DNA from: Takakia lepidozioides
Lineage: Eukaryota; Plantae; Bryophyta
Reading direction: 5' to 3'
DNA length: 64,000 bases
NCBI GenBank assembly: GCA_030704615.1
Contig: CM060731.1
Span: 71,300,001-71,364,000, forward strand
Part shown: piece after piece, positions 47,601 to 59,600 of the stretch
How the letters are laid out: every line of letters starts with the position of its first letter
How positions within the stretch are numbered: position 1 is the first letter of the stretch
Notes under the pieces: model-generated
Seen by the model: the letters and a program-made list of their open reading frames with translations, nothing else
Told to the model about the DNA's origin: nothing
Databases searched by the model: none
Made by a program: the position numbers and the translations under genes

Positions 47601-50600
47601 CTTGAACTTTTTTCACAGTAGTAGTTTTCGAGCATCCAACAAAAGGCTGAGCAATTAGGCACAAGACCACCTTACAAGCTGTCGTGGGTTCAAAACGACA
47701 TAAGGTGTATGTTGCATGTCACCAAATTATATCCAATCCAGCCATAAAAGGGGTGTTACTGGATAAACCGGTCACCTAAAGGGTGGGTACCTTGGGGCTT
47801 TCGAGTCCTTGGGGGAAGGTTTGGGCAACCACGTTGCCCCAATTGTGGCAGTTACAAGGTTTCCACATTCCAAACAGAATGCAATAGCCCTTTTTGTACT
47901 TCTTTCCTTGAACGTAAGAAAAATGCAAACATGTACACACAAGTAGAGGTAGAACCCATGTGGACAAAAGTGTTCTGGACATTAGGTGCCTGTCGAAGTC
48001 CACTAACCTGCTTCGAGATAGAAATGTGGTATGCCAAGCTTGGATTCCAGCAGCCTTGTTGCTATGATCTGCAAACTAGTTTAGGACCACTAGTTAAACT
48101 GCGATGATGCGCTTGACCTGCAACAAGCACCTAGTACACTACTTCCTCAGCACATCAGCGAGTAGCCCATTCATCTCCTGAATGTAATTTATGCCAAACC
48201 AATACTTGTCATATCATCTACGACTGCAGAATAACACTACCTTACGGATCTGGGTAGTGGGTATGTCTTCAAAAGTTCCTGTTGAGTGAGCAACTGCAGG
48301 GACTTTAGCTGGCGCAGATTTTGGAGAAGCTGTAGGACTTGCTCTAGGTTTTGAAGGCACCCCATTTTTCACGGCAGCCAGTACATCACCTTTCAACAGT
48401 ATTCCATGAGGACCTGTGCCACTCAATTGCGAGATATCCAGTCCACTCTCCTTGAGCAGCTTTCTCACCGATGGGCCAAGCTTGCCCTGAGCTCCAGAGG
48501 TGAATGTAGGAGTGGAGGAAGAGGTTGGAGGTGTGTGTGCTTGCTTCTCTGTTTTCTTGGGAGCTACATCCCCTCCTGCGCGCTCTGCTCCACCTTGATA
48601 GCTTGCAAATTTGTCAACATCCTCTGCACTCTCAACCTACATCAAGGATTCACATTATGAGCATCTATCTCCCTGCGTTCATAAGAAAGCTACTCAATCC
48701 ACCAGGGAAATAAAACCTAATCAGACATCTCTTCTTCGTCTTCTCTTCCCCTCTCTTTCTCCTGTCCTCTCATAGGCAACATTACTTTCTTTCCTTCTTT
48801 CCTTCTTTCTCTCTTTGTCTCTAGAATCCATTCAAGTGGGGGTGCTTAGGGAGTGTATGTCAGCATGCTCCAAAACAGCCAATGTGGCTGTTCGAGTTTG
48901 GCATTCCGTCCTTAAGCTCCTGACGAGATGAATTCAAGGTCAGATGGTGGGGTCAGCTGCAACATATGCCCAACACCAGATATCCTAAGTTAATCGACTC
49001 TATATCTTGGAAACAGGACCGCCCTGTCAAACAGGCTAAGTCCTGGCAGAAGAGAGTAGAAGAGATCCTCAAGGACCTGGACCTGGATCCGCAAGTCTTG
49101 ACCCTGCTGGATAAATCTGACTTAGAGGCTGTAGTGTCCTCAGCCATGTCTGTTGCCATGAGATTGTCTGATGAAAATGAAGTTAGGCAGAAAACTTCCC
49201 TGAACTTGTTTCCAGTCTGTGACATGGGGGAGGACATCTTGGATGACCTCAAGGGTCTACCCACTCTCGGCACTAGACTGATATTTAAACTCTGGGCAGG
49301 AAGCCTACCTTTGAACAGCAAACAGAAGCAGAGAGGAAAGGGAGAGTGCAATTGCCCGTTGTGTGGGCAATCTGAAGACAGTATTCATTTTCTGATACAC
49401 TGTCCGGGGTTCTCTCACCAAAGAGACGCTCTCTTCAAATCTATTAAGGGAATTGTGCCTGTACCCCTGTTTACCAACTTTGAAAGTCTCGAGGCTGAGC
49501 CAAAAGCCCAGGCCCTCCTGAGGCCTAGTTTTTGGGCAAATCACACACAGCAGATTGATGCTTGTGTGAAGGGATTTCAAGAGGTTATCTGGAAAACCCG
49601 GATTAATTCTATATATGGAGGTAAGTCTTACTACCAACGTCAGCCCCTGACAGAGGTAGGTTCTGTCCCTTTTGCTCCCGCTCAAACTGGGCGCGGGGTC
49701 AATGGCCACAAGGCTACGGCAAACAACGTCTTATGAGTACAATCTCTGGCACCCTACCTGCATGAGGCGCATTACCTTCTGGCATCGTTTAATGCTTTGT
49801 GACATGGTTTTCTTTGCTGTTGTCCATAGGCCACGGTGGATGTTCTAAAGTTTCTCTCTCTTTCTTTCTTTCAGTTAGGCCCTCGCTCTTTGTGCTCTAA
49901 TGCTTTGAGGTCAATGCACTTAGAAAAATGGCTACAGTCCTGGAACACAAGTGAAATGCCATGAATTCGAAAAATACATACAAGGAGCAAGCAACAGTCC
50001 AGATCACAGGTGCTTACAATTATACAGAGTTCTTTGCCCACTGGTACATCCTTTGTACCTGCTGGTATCATAATCTTAGCCAAATATCTGCACATCCATT
50101 ACACCTCTGGCATCACATACACAACATAGTGCAGCAAGAGAGATGTCACATCACACTAAGGGACACGTGTATGCAACTGACAACGTACCACAGATATTTT
50201 TCTTGCTTTAGAACCAAATTCTGATGACACTCATGTCCTAACCATTGCATATTGATGCTTTCAAAAGGTCTTCTTTTGAACTGCATTGTTTGGAAATGGT
50301 AAAAACCTTTCATTTGATCACAACCACTCACTCACATCTCACAGCATCCACCACTGCATATCTCCAACTAAATCAATTTTTTGACGTCAAAGCAGCTCGC
50401 ACTCCATGTGCAAACATAACTGAGACAGCCAATTTAATATAGGAATGTCCTAACACCTCTGTTCTGCTCTGCAGCCCCCAGCTGGAAGTCTGAAACTTGA
50501 GGATGGAAAGCCCAGAACAGCAAGCCCATATTAAGGCTAGAATTCGGGTTTCATGAAGTAGGCATACCCGTCCTCCAAGGACTCAAAGTCAAGAGTCGCC

Positions 50601-53600
50601 TTGTCAGTTTCGATATCGCATAACACATCGCCTGCTGATATCTGCAACAAGTCCTCAACAGAAGAGACCAAATCAGCACTGCATATGGAGACATCGGCGT
50701 GGTCTTGCTCACAATGCATTCAAGCCTCCTATAAAACGGAGTTTAAGAGCTGCAATATTGAGTCACTTACCGCATCGCCTTCTTTTTTCTTCCACTTTCC
50801 AACATTCCCTTGAGTCTGCAGAAGTAGGAAACACTAACATTAATATAAGTGTTAAGGAGGAACACACATGTTGACTCCAATGATACTTCTCCCATCACAT
50901 GCATCCATCAAAGATTGCAAGGGAAGGAGACTATGCCAAATTTCCTGCAGACAGCCCGAAATATGCAGAACAAACTATATACCATTGTTGGAGACAGTGC
51001 AGGCATTGCCAAGACTTGATGAGGTGGCCAGGAACGAGAGGCAGAGATCGGAGGTGGGCTTGTTTGATTTTCTGGTGGGGGTGCCTTTTTCACTGTTTGT
51101 CCACCTCCTGCAGGAGCTCCGTCATTTTGATAGCTTGCAAATTTGTCCAGACCTTCTGAACTCTCAGCCTACACCCAAAATTTCACATTATTCATCCATT
51201 CTTGCTCTGTTCAAAACTGGCAAAAGGTCTACAGCCAAAGTCTAGTTTTTTTTTTCCCTTTCTCTCTCCCTCTGGTTCTTCTGTTCTTTTGTGCCAAAAT
51301 TTTATCAACCAAAACAACGATCACAACCTTTGCAAGCTAGATCATGCTTCCCTTCTTTCCCTGAGTGTCGTACTACTGTGTCACATGGACTCTCCAGGCC
51401 TCCTGTGGTTGTAATAATTTTTTTCAACTCTCAATGCTGTGAGGTAACAATCAATGTAGGAATGCTTACAACTATACAAAGCGCCTTTCCGACCGGCACA
51501 TCCTTTGTGTTAGCTGGTATCAAAATCCTAGCCAAAACTCTGCATTTGCATGGCAGACCACAACTCCATTATTGTAGCTTCCAGATCTGGGTTAAAACAG
51601 ACACATTAGAGACAGAAGGAAACATATAAATCAGGTACAGTTTATATCCAGATGGGTATATAACAGAGAGATATAAGTCGTGTGTCAGCACTGCAGTACC
51701 ATGGGTGGGGTCTTAGTTGAGCTTGACCAGCTATTCATAATTTCTCACGGTGGCTTGTCTTGCTTCCTGAGCTTTGTAGATGATCTATTCATGCTATTTA
51801 CAAGGGAAAGAAAAAACATGATTCTTTAGACTATGGGGATGACCAAGTGCTTACCCCAACTCACTCACACCTGCAGGCAGATGCTGCCTTGTATCACTTT
51901 ACCTCCAGACCCTTAATCGCACAAGCTTAACATAACAGCTGCTAGAACTTCATGTGCAAACAAACTAGAACTTTGGAGGGTAGTCTGGTTCATCTACAGA
52001 TCTAGCCATCTTTGATGTTCTTCAGCTGACAGCGTTGTCTATCACTAAAATGGTGTAAACCCAGCACTGCAAGCCAATCATGTCCAAAGTTTAGGTTCTG
52101 TTCAGTAAGCATACCCATCTTCCAAGGACTCAAAATCAAGAGTTGCCTTGTCCGTTTCAATATCACATAACACATCACCTGCTGCAATCTGCCACCTTAT
52201 CCACCCATTACACAATTGAAAGGCCAGTGCTAAATGTACAAACACCATTGAAACCTTCATGCTGTTAAAATATCATACCAACTGGTTTATGGAGAGGAAC
52301 AATCAACCAGCTGGAAAGGGGGTTTCATACCGTATCACCTTCTTTCTTCTTCCACTTTCCCACGTTCCCCTGAGTCTGCAGAAGTTGTGGGGGAATCAAG
52401 GTTAACATATTTGTTTCTGCACTGCAGCTAAACACATTTGCTGCACTGCTACTCGTCCAAGCACTTGCATCCAAGCACCCTTTATTATGAGGGACCAATA
52501 CCAGATTCCAGCAGAAAACCCTAACATAACAAGATAGACATACCATAGTCGGGGACAATGCAGGCATTGCCAGAATTTGATGAGGTGGTAAATCTGCACT
52601 CAGCCAGAATACACAAAGCCCCTTCAGTTAGAACTCCAGCATGTGGTCAAGTAAGTGACGGACATAGCTCTGCAGATATCATGATTCTGATCTCAGAGGC
52701 AATTTCTAAACGATACCCCGTTTTGTTGAGAGTGTGATTAACACATTGAGGAAGAAGCAGATGGTCTCAGATTGCTGCGCACATGGTCAGAGATGGAGGC
52801 CGTACCCCCGGAAGCATAGCCTCGAGTTCCACATGCTAACTGCAAAACCCAATCCCATCCCCCATGCACTCAGGAACTGAAGCATAACTTGAATTTTTTT
52901 ACTTCCATTCCAAGGCACTGAATCAGCAAGACCTGACAATAGCAAAACCTTCCGTCACAGGCACAGATTTGGTACACACATTCCCCGGTACGGTTTCCTC
53001 ACAGACAACCATTTGTGACCTAGATGAGCTGTTCACAATGTACGTTGGTTGCAAAGTGTGTCCCACAGATGCTGGATCATTTTGAATCTAGAAAAGTATA
53101 GTTCCATGTCCAACTCTTCATTGACATATCCCTTCACTTGCAACCCTCCATGTTTAGTATGATCATAGATTCAGACACTGTTTGCGTACTTTCAGAATCC
53201 TAGGTCAAGCTTATATATAGCATCTCACCATTCCTCAACTTGAGAATGACACATGACTACTGAAATTCGAAACATTTGCACTGAACTGACCTGTCTCAGG
53301 CCACCCAGGGTTCTAGAAAACAATAGGCATATAACACAACTATACCTGTACCTTTGATGTCAAAAATCCATGTTGCTCCACAATTGAGGATGACAAAAAC
53401 AAGCCTGACCTGTCCATCAAAAGGTACCTTGTCAATGGCAAACTTTCAGTTTGGCATCCATTTAGCACCTCAAAACCTAACTGTTGGAACCCAGGAGGAC
53501 ATTTCTAGCAAGTCATTCATGATCATGAAAATAAATGCTTCTGTACACCTACTTGGCTTTCAATCTGTCCCATTCGCTTCTTTGCAGAAGCTAAAGCAAC

Positions 53601-54419
53601 GGTTTCCCCTTCCCCATCGATAGTACACTAATAACAGACCACCACACACAGAACCAGCATGCAACTCAACCTGTGGAGCCCTAGCAACACAGTCTCACCT
53701 TATATCAGGTATAGAATCCAAATAAGTGGGAGTCCGACGACCTGAACGGCTGCAACCACCCCAAACGAAAATTGCGTTTTACAGTTTCTCCATAGACAAG
53801 TAGCGGAGCCAGTTCAATTGATATACATACCCATCCACCAATTTGCAACAGCACAAAAAGCCTCTATTGGCAATCTAGGTGAAGTAGCTTGCACTACTTT
53901 GCTGCACTGTTGTCCAATTTTGCTGGCCCCGATGGGCACTGACTCTGTTCCTGCTGCTACCATGCAGATCAGAATGTACGAAGTTCCCAGATCGCATCCG
54001 ACGTGTAGGCACTCATTTTAGTCTGGAAACTGACTAAATAGGGGGTGGAGGCGAATCGGTCCACAGCCACCACCCCTGCTCTGGGACTGCCAAATGGGAT
54101 TCCTGTTATCGGGCGTTGTAATGCGGAACCAAGAGACATTCAAATGGGGGAGATGCCACCAACAGAGTTTCCACATATTTGTCTTCAAATATCCAAAACA
54201 GATCACCAGAGCGATTTGTTGAAACCTTCACCAGGACAAAATTCCGCATAGAACAAGATGCTCTATTAGTACTGAAACAAGTAATCGGAGGAAAGAAGTT
54301 GAGGAGCAGTACCAAGAATAATGCCGATGCGAGACACGGGCAGGATTGGGGCGCGAGATGGTAATCAGAGCCCGGGCCATGCGCTCCTGCAGGGCCCGAG
54401 CACGACAGCCCGCAGCCAT
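44653..54419 (-). CDS. LTA3: Mitochondrial pyruvate dehydrogenase E2 (dihydrolipoamide acetyltransferase) family protein with two lipoyl domains (LTA3-like); catalytic His replaced by Gly
   Basis: Arg-rich presequence from ATG 54419. Two lipoyl domains MPALSPTM|TQGNVGKWKKKEGD|..GDVLCDIETDKATLDFESLEDG; PSBD GPSVRKLLKESGLDISQLSGTGPHG; core IPHFYL, SVNDFVIRA, FQGGTFSISNLGM, INPPQACIL, TLSADGRVYDG, ending RMLL*. The N-terminal exons are not fully resolved. Confidence 0.92.
45501..45820. repeat. Dispersed ~300-bp non-coding repeat, copy 2 (in an E2 intron)
   Basis: Colinear similarity to 30731-31060 and 47631-47900. Confidence 0.7.
47631..47900. repeat. Dispersed ~300-bp non-coding repeat, copy 3 (in an E2 intron)
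   Basis: Colinear similarity to the other two copies, including GGGCAACCACGTTGCCC. Confidence 0.7.
48825..49870 (+). mobile_element. 5'-truncated non-LTR retrotransposon (LINE) fragment, antisense within an E2 intron
   Basis: ORF 48966-49736 has RLIFKLWAGSLPL...CPLCGQSEDSIHFLIHC, the C-terminal CCHC knuckle region of LINE ORF2. CT-rich microsatellite-like tail at about 49850-49870. Boundaries are approximate. Confidence 0.78.
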
Positions 54420-56620
54420 GGCTGGAGCGAAGTCCCAGCAGCAGGCTCTCAAGCGGGGGCTCTCTCCCTAGGCCGGCCACATTTCTGGCTTTTCTTCTAA
54501 CCAAGTTTTACCTCTTAACCAACAGTGCAGGCTCGTTCTGGCATTGGGCGAAAGCCTTCTCTCCCTCTATTTGCGTAGTTGTCTAGTACCCCGGTTTACC
54601 GACAGTCTACTCTACACCTGCTGCTGCTGAACTTCCTTTTCTCTGTGCCCATCAAAAACCCACAACTCTTTCAAACTTTGTTTGATGTTTGATCCCAAAA
54701 TTCGGATTGTTTTCTTGTCGTGATTCTGACCTTGCAAATCCTCGTTACTACAAGGTATCTATTAGAAACTGCTCGCCAAGAAACAGAGGTAGTCGGAGGC
54801 ACTCACAGTGTTCTATCAGACATGGCATTGGAGGCATAGTAAAAGGAAGGAACAATGGTTTGACTGATAGGTGGGCCCAGGGACAGGCACATTTGCCGAG
54901 CTCAGTTAAGCAGCCGTGTGGCATACTGTGCACTCAAGTGCAGCCACTTAACTCTTCTTTAAGTTAGCAGCGTCTCCCTATCTCCCGTGTGTCCTACCTT
55001 TACAGTTCACAGGACAGTACACGAAGCGTAGTATTTTCCATTGGGCTCCTGGAGGTTCTTGGGCTCCGTTCTTCTTCCCGTTTGTTTAGGTGGGTCGCCG
55101 ATATCCCTGCTCTGACGCACCTCTATCTCCTCAGTGAATTCTCGCTTTCATTAGTTTCCTTAAAGAATGGGCCTCCTCATGTGGAAGCGCAGATCAGAAT
55201 CGAAACAGCAAATACAGATTGTATGTTGCAATCATGCAGATTGGAATGAATACTTTTCACAATGTCTTCGAAGGCAAGAAAGGGATCCACAGTCGAGAAG
55301 CTGGACGCAGTTTGCCCTTCTTGGGCTGAATTGTGGGGTTAATACTTGCATGGCATGATGTAGTGTGCGTCTGTATTGGTATCTCCAGTGACAGTTTGCC
55401 TTGAGAGTATCCGAAAGTAGAGTGGTCAAAGCTTGTTGCCAAGCATCAACATGTGGGCCAAGTCCGGTGGCGTTCTGAAGCATTTGACAACATGCCTGCG
55501 GGAAATTAGTTAACATGAAATGTCATACTAAGCGTGGGTACGTAAGCGAGAAGCCTTTCAACATGCACGACCAAATACACTAGAAAGTGGGAACGCTCAA
55601 CCCTGGAAAAGGAGAATTGTTCGGCAAGAAGAGATGGACTCATTGTCCAAGGACATACACAGCATGGTGCGCTCTTAGAAGTGCGACCAACAAACTGAAA
55701 GAGTCGACCCCTGACCGGGTCAGGTTTGGTTGTGTACTCAATGCGTACCAGCCTTGGAATCTGAGAGAGGGATGCAGGGTCTTGAAGGGGAAATTGTTGA
55801 AGACAACTCTCGGAGCTCACATTGCGGTTAGGCTGCACAGGGTTGGGAATTCTGTGCACCGACATTGATTGTCTGCAGGTCGAGGTCCTGGGCTCGCAGA
55901 AAGATTTTTTGTTGGGAAGACTAGGAATGGAAAAATGACAACATGAGTAAGAAACAGGAGTGACCTTTCTAGAAGCAAGCTTCCAGCCAAGAAACTTAAG
56001 GATAGATATAGTGGGTTCCTTGTATTTTGAAAGGACATGCAAGCATTCATCTCAATCAGAACACCTAGTTTAATCATCAAAAGGAAACTTCACTAACATT
56101 TTCCCACGTTAAGGGATCCATTGACAGTGGCAGGGGAGGCATTGAACCATATGGCAGCCGGCTTGGGGTTAGTAGAAATAATGCTAGGTTACGGGTAATA
56201 AGTTGACTAAGTTAAGTCTTTCATCTGAATTGTGCGCGCATGAATTTCATTTAAACTCAAAGTATCTTCCACCAGAGTCGCCATTCACATTGACTTCGGC
56301 TCATTATGGTTTGAGGGCCTTGTCACACTGCAGAAGTCCCACAAACTGCATATATCCAGTGGCTAATAAATGCCCCTCCATATCAACAGAGACAACATTA
56401 TCTGGGACCTTTAGAAGAGAACTACAGAAATTCATGTATGAAACGGACAAGGATGTGTAACAACTGTTAAGTACCATGAAGGCTCAGCCAGCCATACCAG
56501 CTACCTTAAGGTGATGTTAATTTCTCCCCTAGTTGAACGCCAGCAAAGTAGACCCAATTCCTCACATATCCATAGTAATCAGGCCACTCACAAGGCTGGG
56601 GTACGACTACCGGTGGCTGG

Positions 56621-59600
56621 TTACAGCCGTGCTCGAGAGCGAGACTTAGGATGTCCTTCACGCTCTACAACAGGGAGCTGCAGTTCTTGGTGCTGCTCCA
56701 ATGGAGCAAACAAATGGTCCACCATTGGTACTGTAACCTCCTCCAAACCAGGCGGATCCCACTGCATCAACAGTAAAAATATGAGACTTTCCATTTTCGG
56801 TATGCATGTAAAAAACAGACAACATTATTCTTCAAGATAGCGAAGGCATTCTTATCACAATAATAATGCACCCACCAACAACACATAAAGAACTTTGGAG
56901 ATATGAATGTCAGAGAAGTGCTTAAGGTACAAGTGTGCAAGTGGCAGCTGAAGCAACTGCCCCACATTAATTTATCTCACAAATGTAAGCCAGTTATCCT
57001 TTAGTGTTGGTATGGCCGACTTCCTTAAACAGCCAAATACTTCAGCACTGGGCCAAAACTGGCATTTAAGATGAGGTCATCTCAAGTGGCCAATTCCCAT
57101 ATGCACTTATTGGCCACAATAGGACCATTTGTTCTGCACATACTCTCACAATTGAAGCATCTGATTTCATCAAACTGATTGTTTACTTCCTATCGTGCAC
57201 ACAATTCCTGCCACAGCAGTAAGCTTGCCCTTCCATTGAGAGATGCAAGCTGTACCCACCTTCGGTGAATTGTCTTTGTCCACTAGAAGGGCTCGGCAAC
57301 CCTGCAAAGCAAAAAGCACCAGGATGTGAATTGACTCTCAGACTTCTGGACCAAACAGTCAAACAGAAGACTCGTGATGATGTTAGTGCACAGAAAGTAC
57401 ACAAAAAGGAAAATACCTCATACATATCTGTGGAAGCCGTACAATCGACTGCATGTGCACTGAGACGGTACTCCCTCTCTAAGCACTGATGAAAGGACTG
57501 TTGTCTGCCTTCCCGTATCTGATTGGCAGACACAAATCCATTTCAAATGAAAACTTGCAAGTGCAAGATCAAAAGCCCTTCATATAAAAGTATGAAGAAC
57601 TCATGGAAGACCTCAAACAGAACCTCAGGCTAGATGAGCCGGCTGCGCATGCTTTTGAATACAATTAGAACAAGCATCCAGGAATCAAATCAAAGGAGGA
57701 GACATACAGATCTCAGAGACACTTTAAGGCTGATAGGAGAAGCCTTCTTAAGTGAGGTCAGGGTGACCTTGTACCACTCATCATCTGACTGTTGCGCTTC
57801 TGTTTCCTGGAATACATGCAACCCCAAGAAGTAGCCAGGTTATAGTGGGGTTCCATAAGTGATTGTCTGCGTGTTAAGTGTTAACAGGTACATGACCCTA
57901 TTTCCCAGATCATGACCCTGCTAATACTCGTTGAGTCTCTCTACAGGGTGCTTGCATCAAAGCTAAAACGGATGTAAGAGACAAATGTAGTAAATAGCAC
58001 CTTACAAATTTATTTGAAGGACAATTGCATGGTTCAATGAGTTTCTAGCAGGACATTTGGGGAAAAAAAACCTTTTATTCCTTCCACATGTGCCAATGCG
58101 TCATGGTTTATAAAGTAGTAGACTTACAAGGGCACGCAGGATCTCCTCAACTGTCTCTTTCTCAAAACACCGATCAATAGCTTCCCTCCTGCAAAGCAAG
58201 GCCAAATGTGGAACACATGCCCTCGATTCTTCAAATCATAGAATCAGTTTCTATTCATTTAAACACTACGAGTAACCAGACGACACTAACCTTTAATGTC
58301 AGTTCAGAATCCACAGCAACAGGCCACCAAGACCCACTGAGCAGAATCATGACCATACAGATAGTTAACAGGAAGCCCAAGGACTTGTGTGGAAACCATA
58401 CTGGTGCAAAGGGCTATTCTCTCCAGGATAAACGACATCGCAGAACTCGTCAATGGCAGTGCCAATCACCTCTGCATCCCCTGTATTGAGCCCGCCCAGC
58501 CGCTCCTCTAACCCAGCCAGCCGCTGCCACAGGAGCCAAGAAGAGAGTACAAGCAGGCAGATAGATGAATCAGTACTAAGAACATGCCAGGTGAGCACAA
58601 AATATGTGGCAACATCAGTGTACAGCCATAAATGTTTCTCAAGTGTAGATATACTCCAATATTGCTGACATGCTTCATTACCATTTGAGGTGAAGCCCAA
58701 TGGGTTTCCATGCAGGGAGAATTATCCTACCAGCACTGCACTGGGACATGAAGAGGTTTCAAATTGAACCTGTGAGGGCACAAAGTGCGTAGCCAGGCCA
58801 CAAGAAAGCATGTCTGCTCCATCAAGACGCGCCCCAGTTAGGCCCAAGTACTCTCCTGCAATGCTCAAGCGTGCACCCACCATACCAACTTCAGCTACAG
58901 TACTTCCTTCAACATTGTGGGCCTTACGACCAAAAACTGGAGGAAATCCCAGTAAATGTTGAGATTAACAAAAATCACAGTCTTAGAATCCTCTGTTGCC
59001 TTAGTCGAACAGCTAAAGCAAAATAATTTCCATGATCATGCAGCCAGCAATGACACCTAAGCGTTGAGAACCCAAGCGTTAGGTTGCAGCAAGTCCTAGT
59101 CATGGTTTAAGGGAAAAGCACTGGAAGATGCTGAAGTCCAGATGCACGACTTGCATACTTACAGGCACCTGGCTATCAGGGTGAGGTTCACGTGGTAGCC
59201 ATGCACACCGCAAGTACAGATCTCCTAAGATACAGTTTTGTACAGAAAGGCTGACCATTTTATAACTCAACAACCCCTGACTTTTCCATAGAATACTTTA
59301 GAACACCAAGGACCCAAATTGTACCTAAGTGGCCGGGTAGTCGAGGAAGGAAATAAGATGCCCCCACATCCGGGTGAAGACCAATTGCTGTCTCTGGCAT
59401 GGCGAATAGCTGCACCACACCCAAGAACACTTAAGGGTCATTTCCCACACCTGTGCCTTTTCATACTCTTGGCCTTTTTTGAGTCTTAGGCATGAAAATT
59501 GCTGTGAGATCATCATCTGGAGGTCTACCATGAATTCCCGCTGAGCAGGTGGGTGCTCTTCCTGATGATGGAAGTATCAATATTTAACATCCATATGTGT

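Noticed and set aside
54690-56460. Short ORFs between the E2 and HIBCH genes (also 2097-3300 and 27400-29200)
   Set aside because: No recognisable homology or consistent exon chain. Treated as intergenic or UTR sequence.
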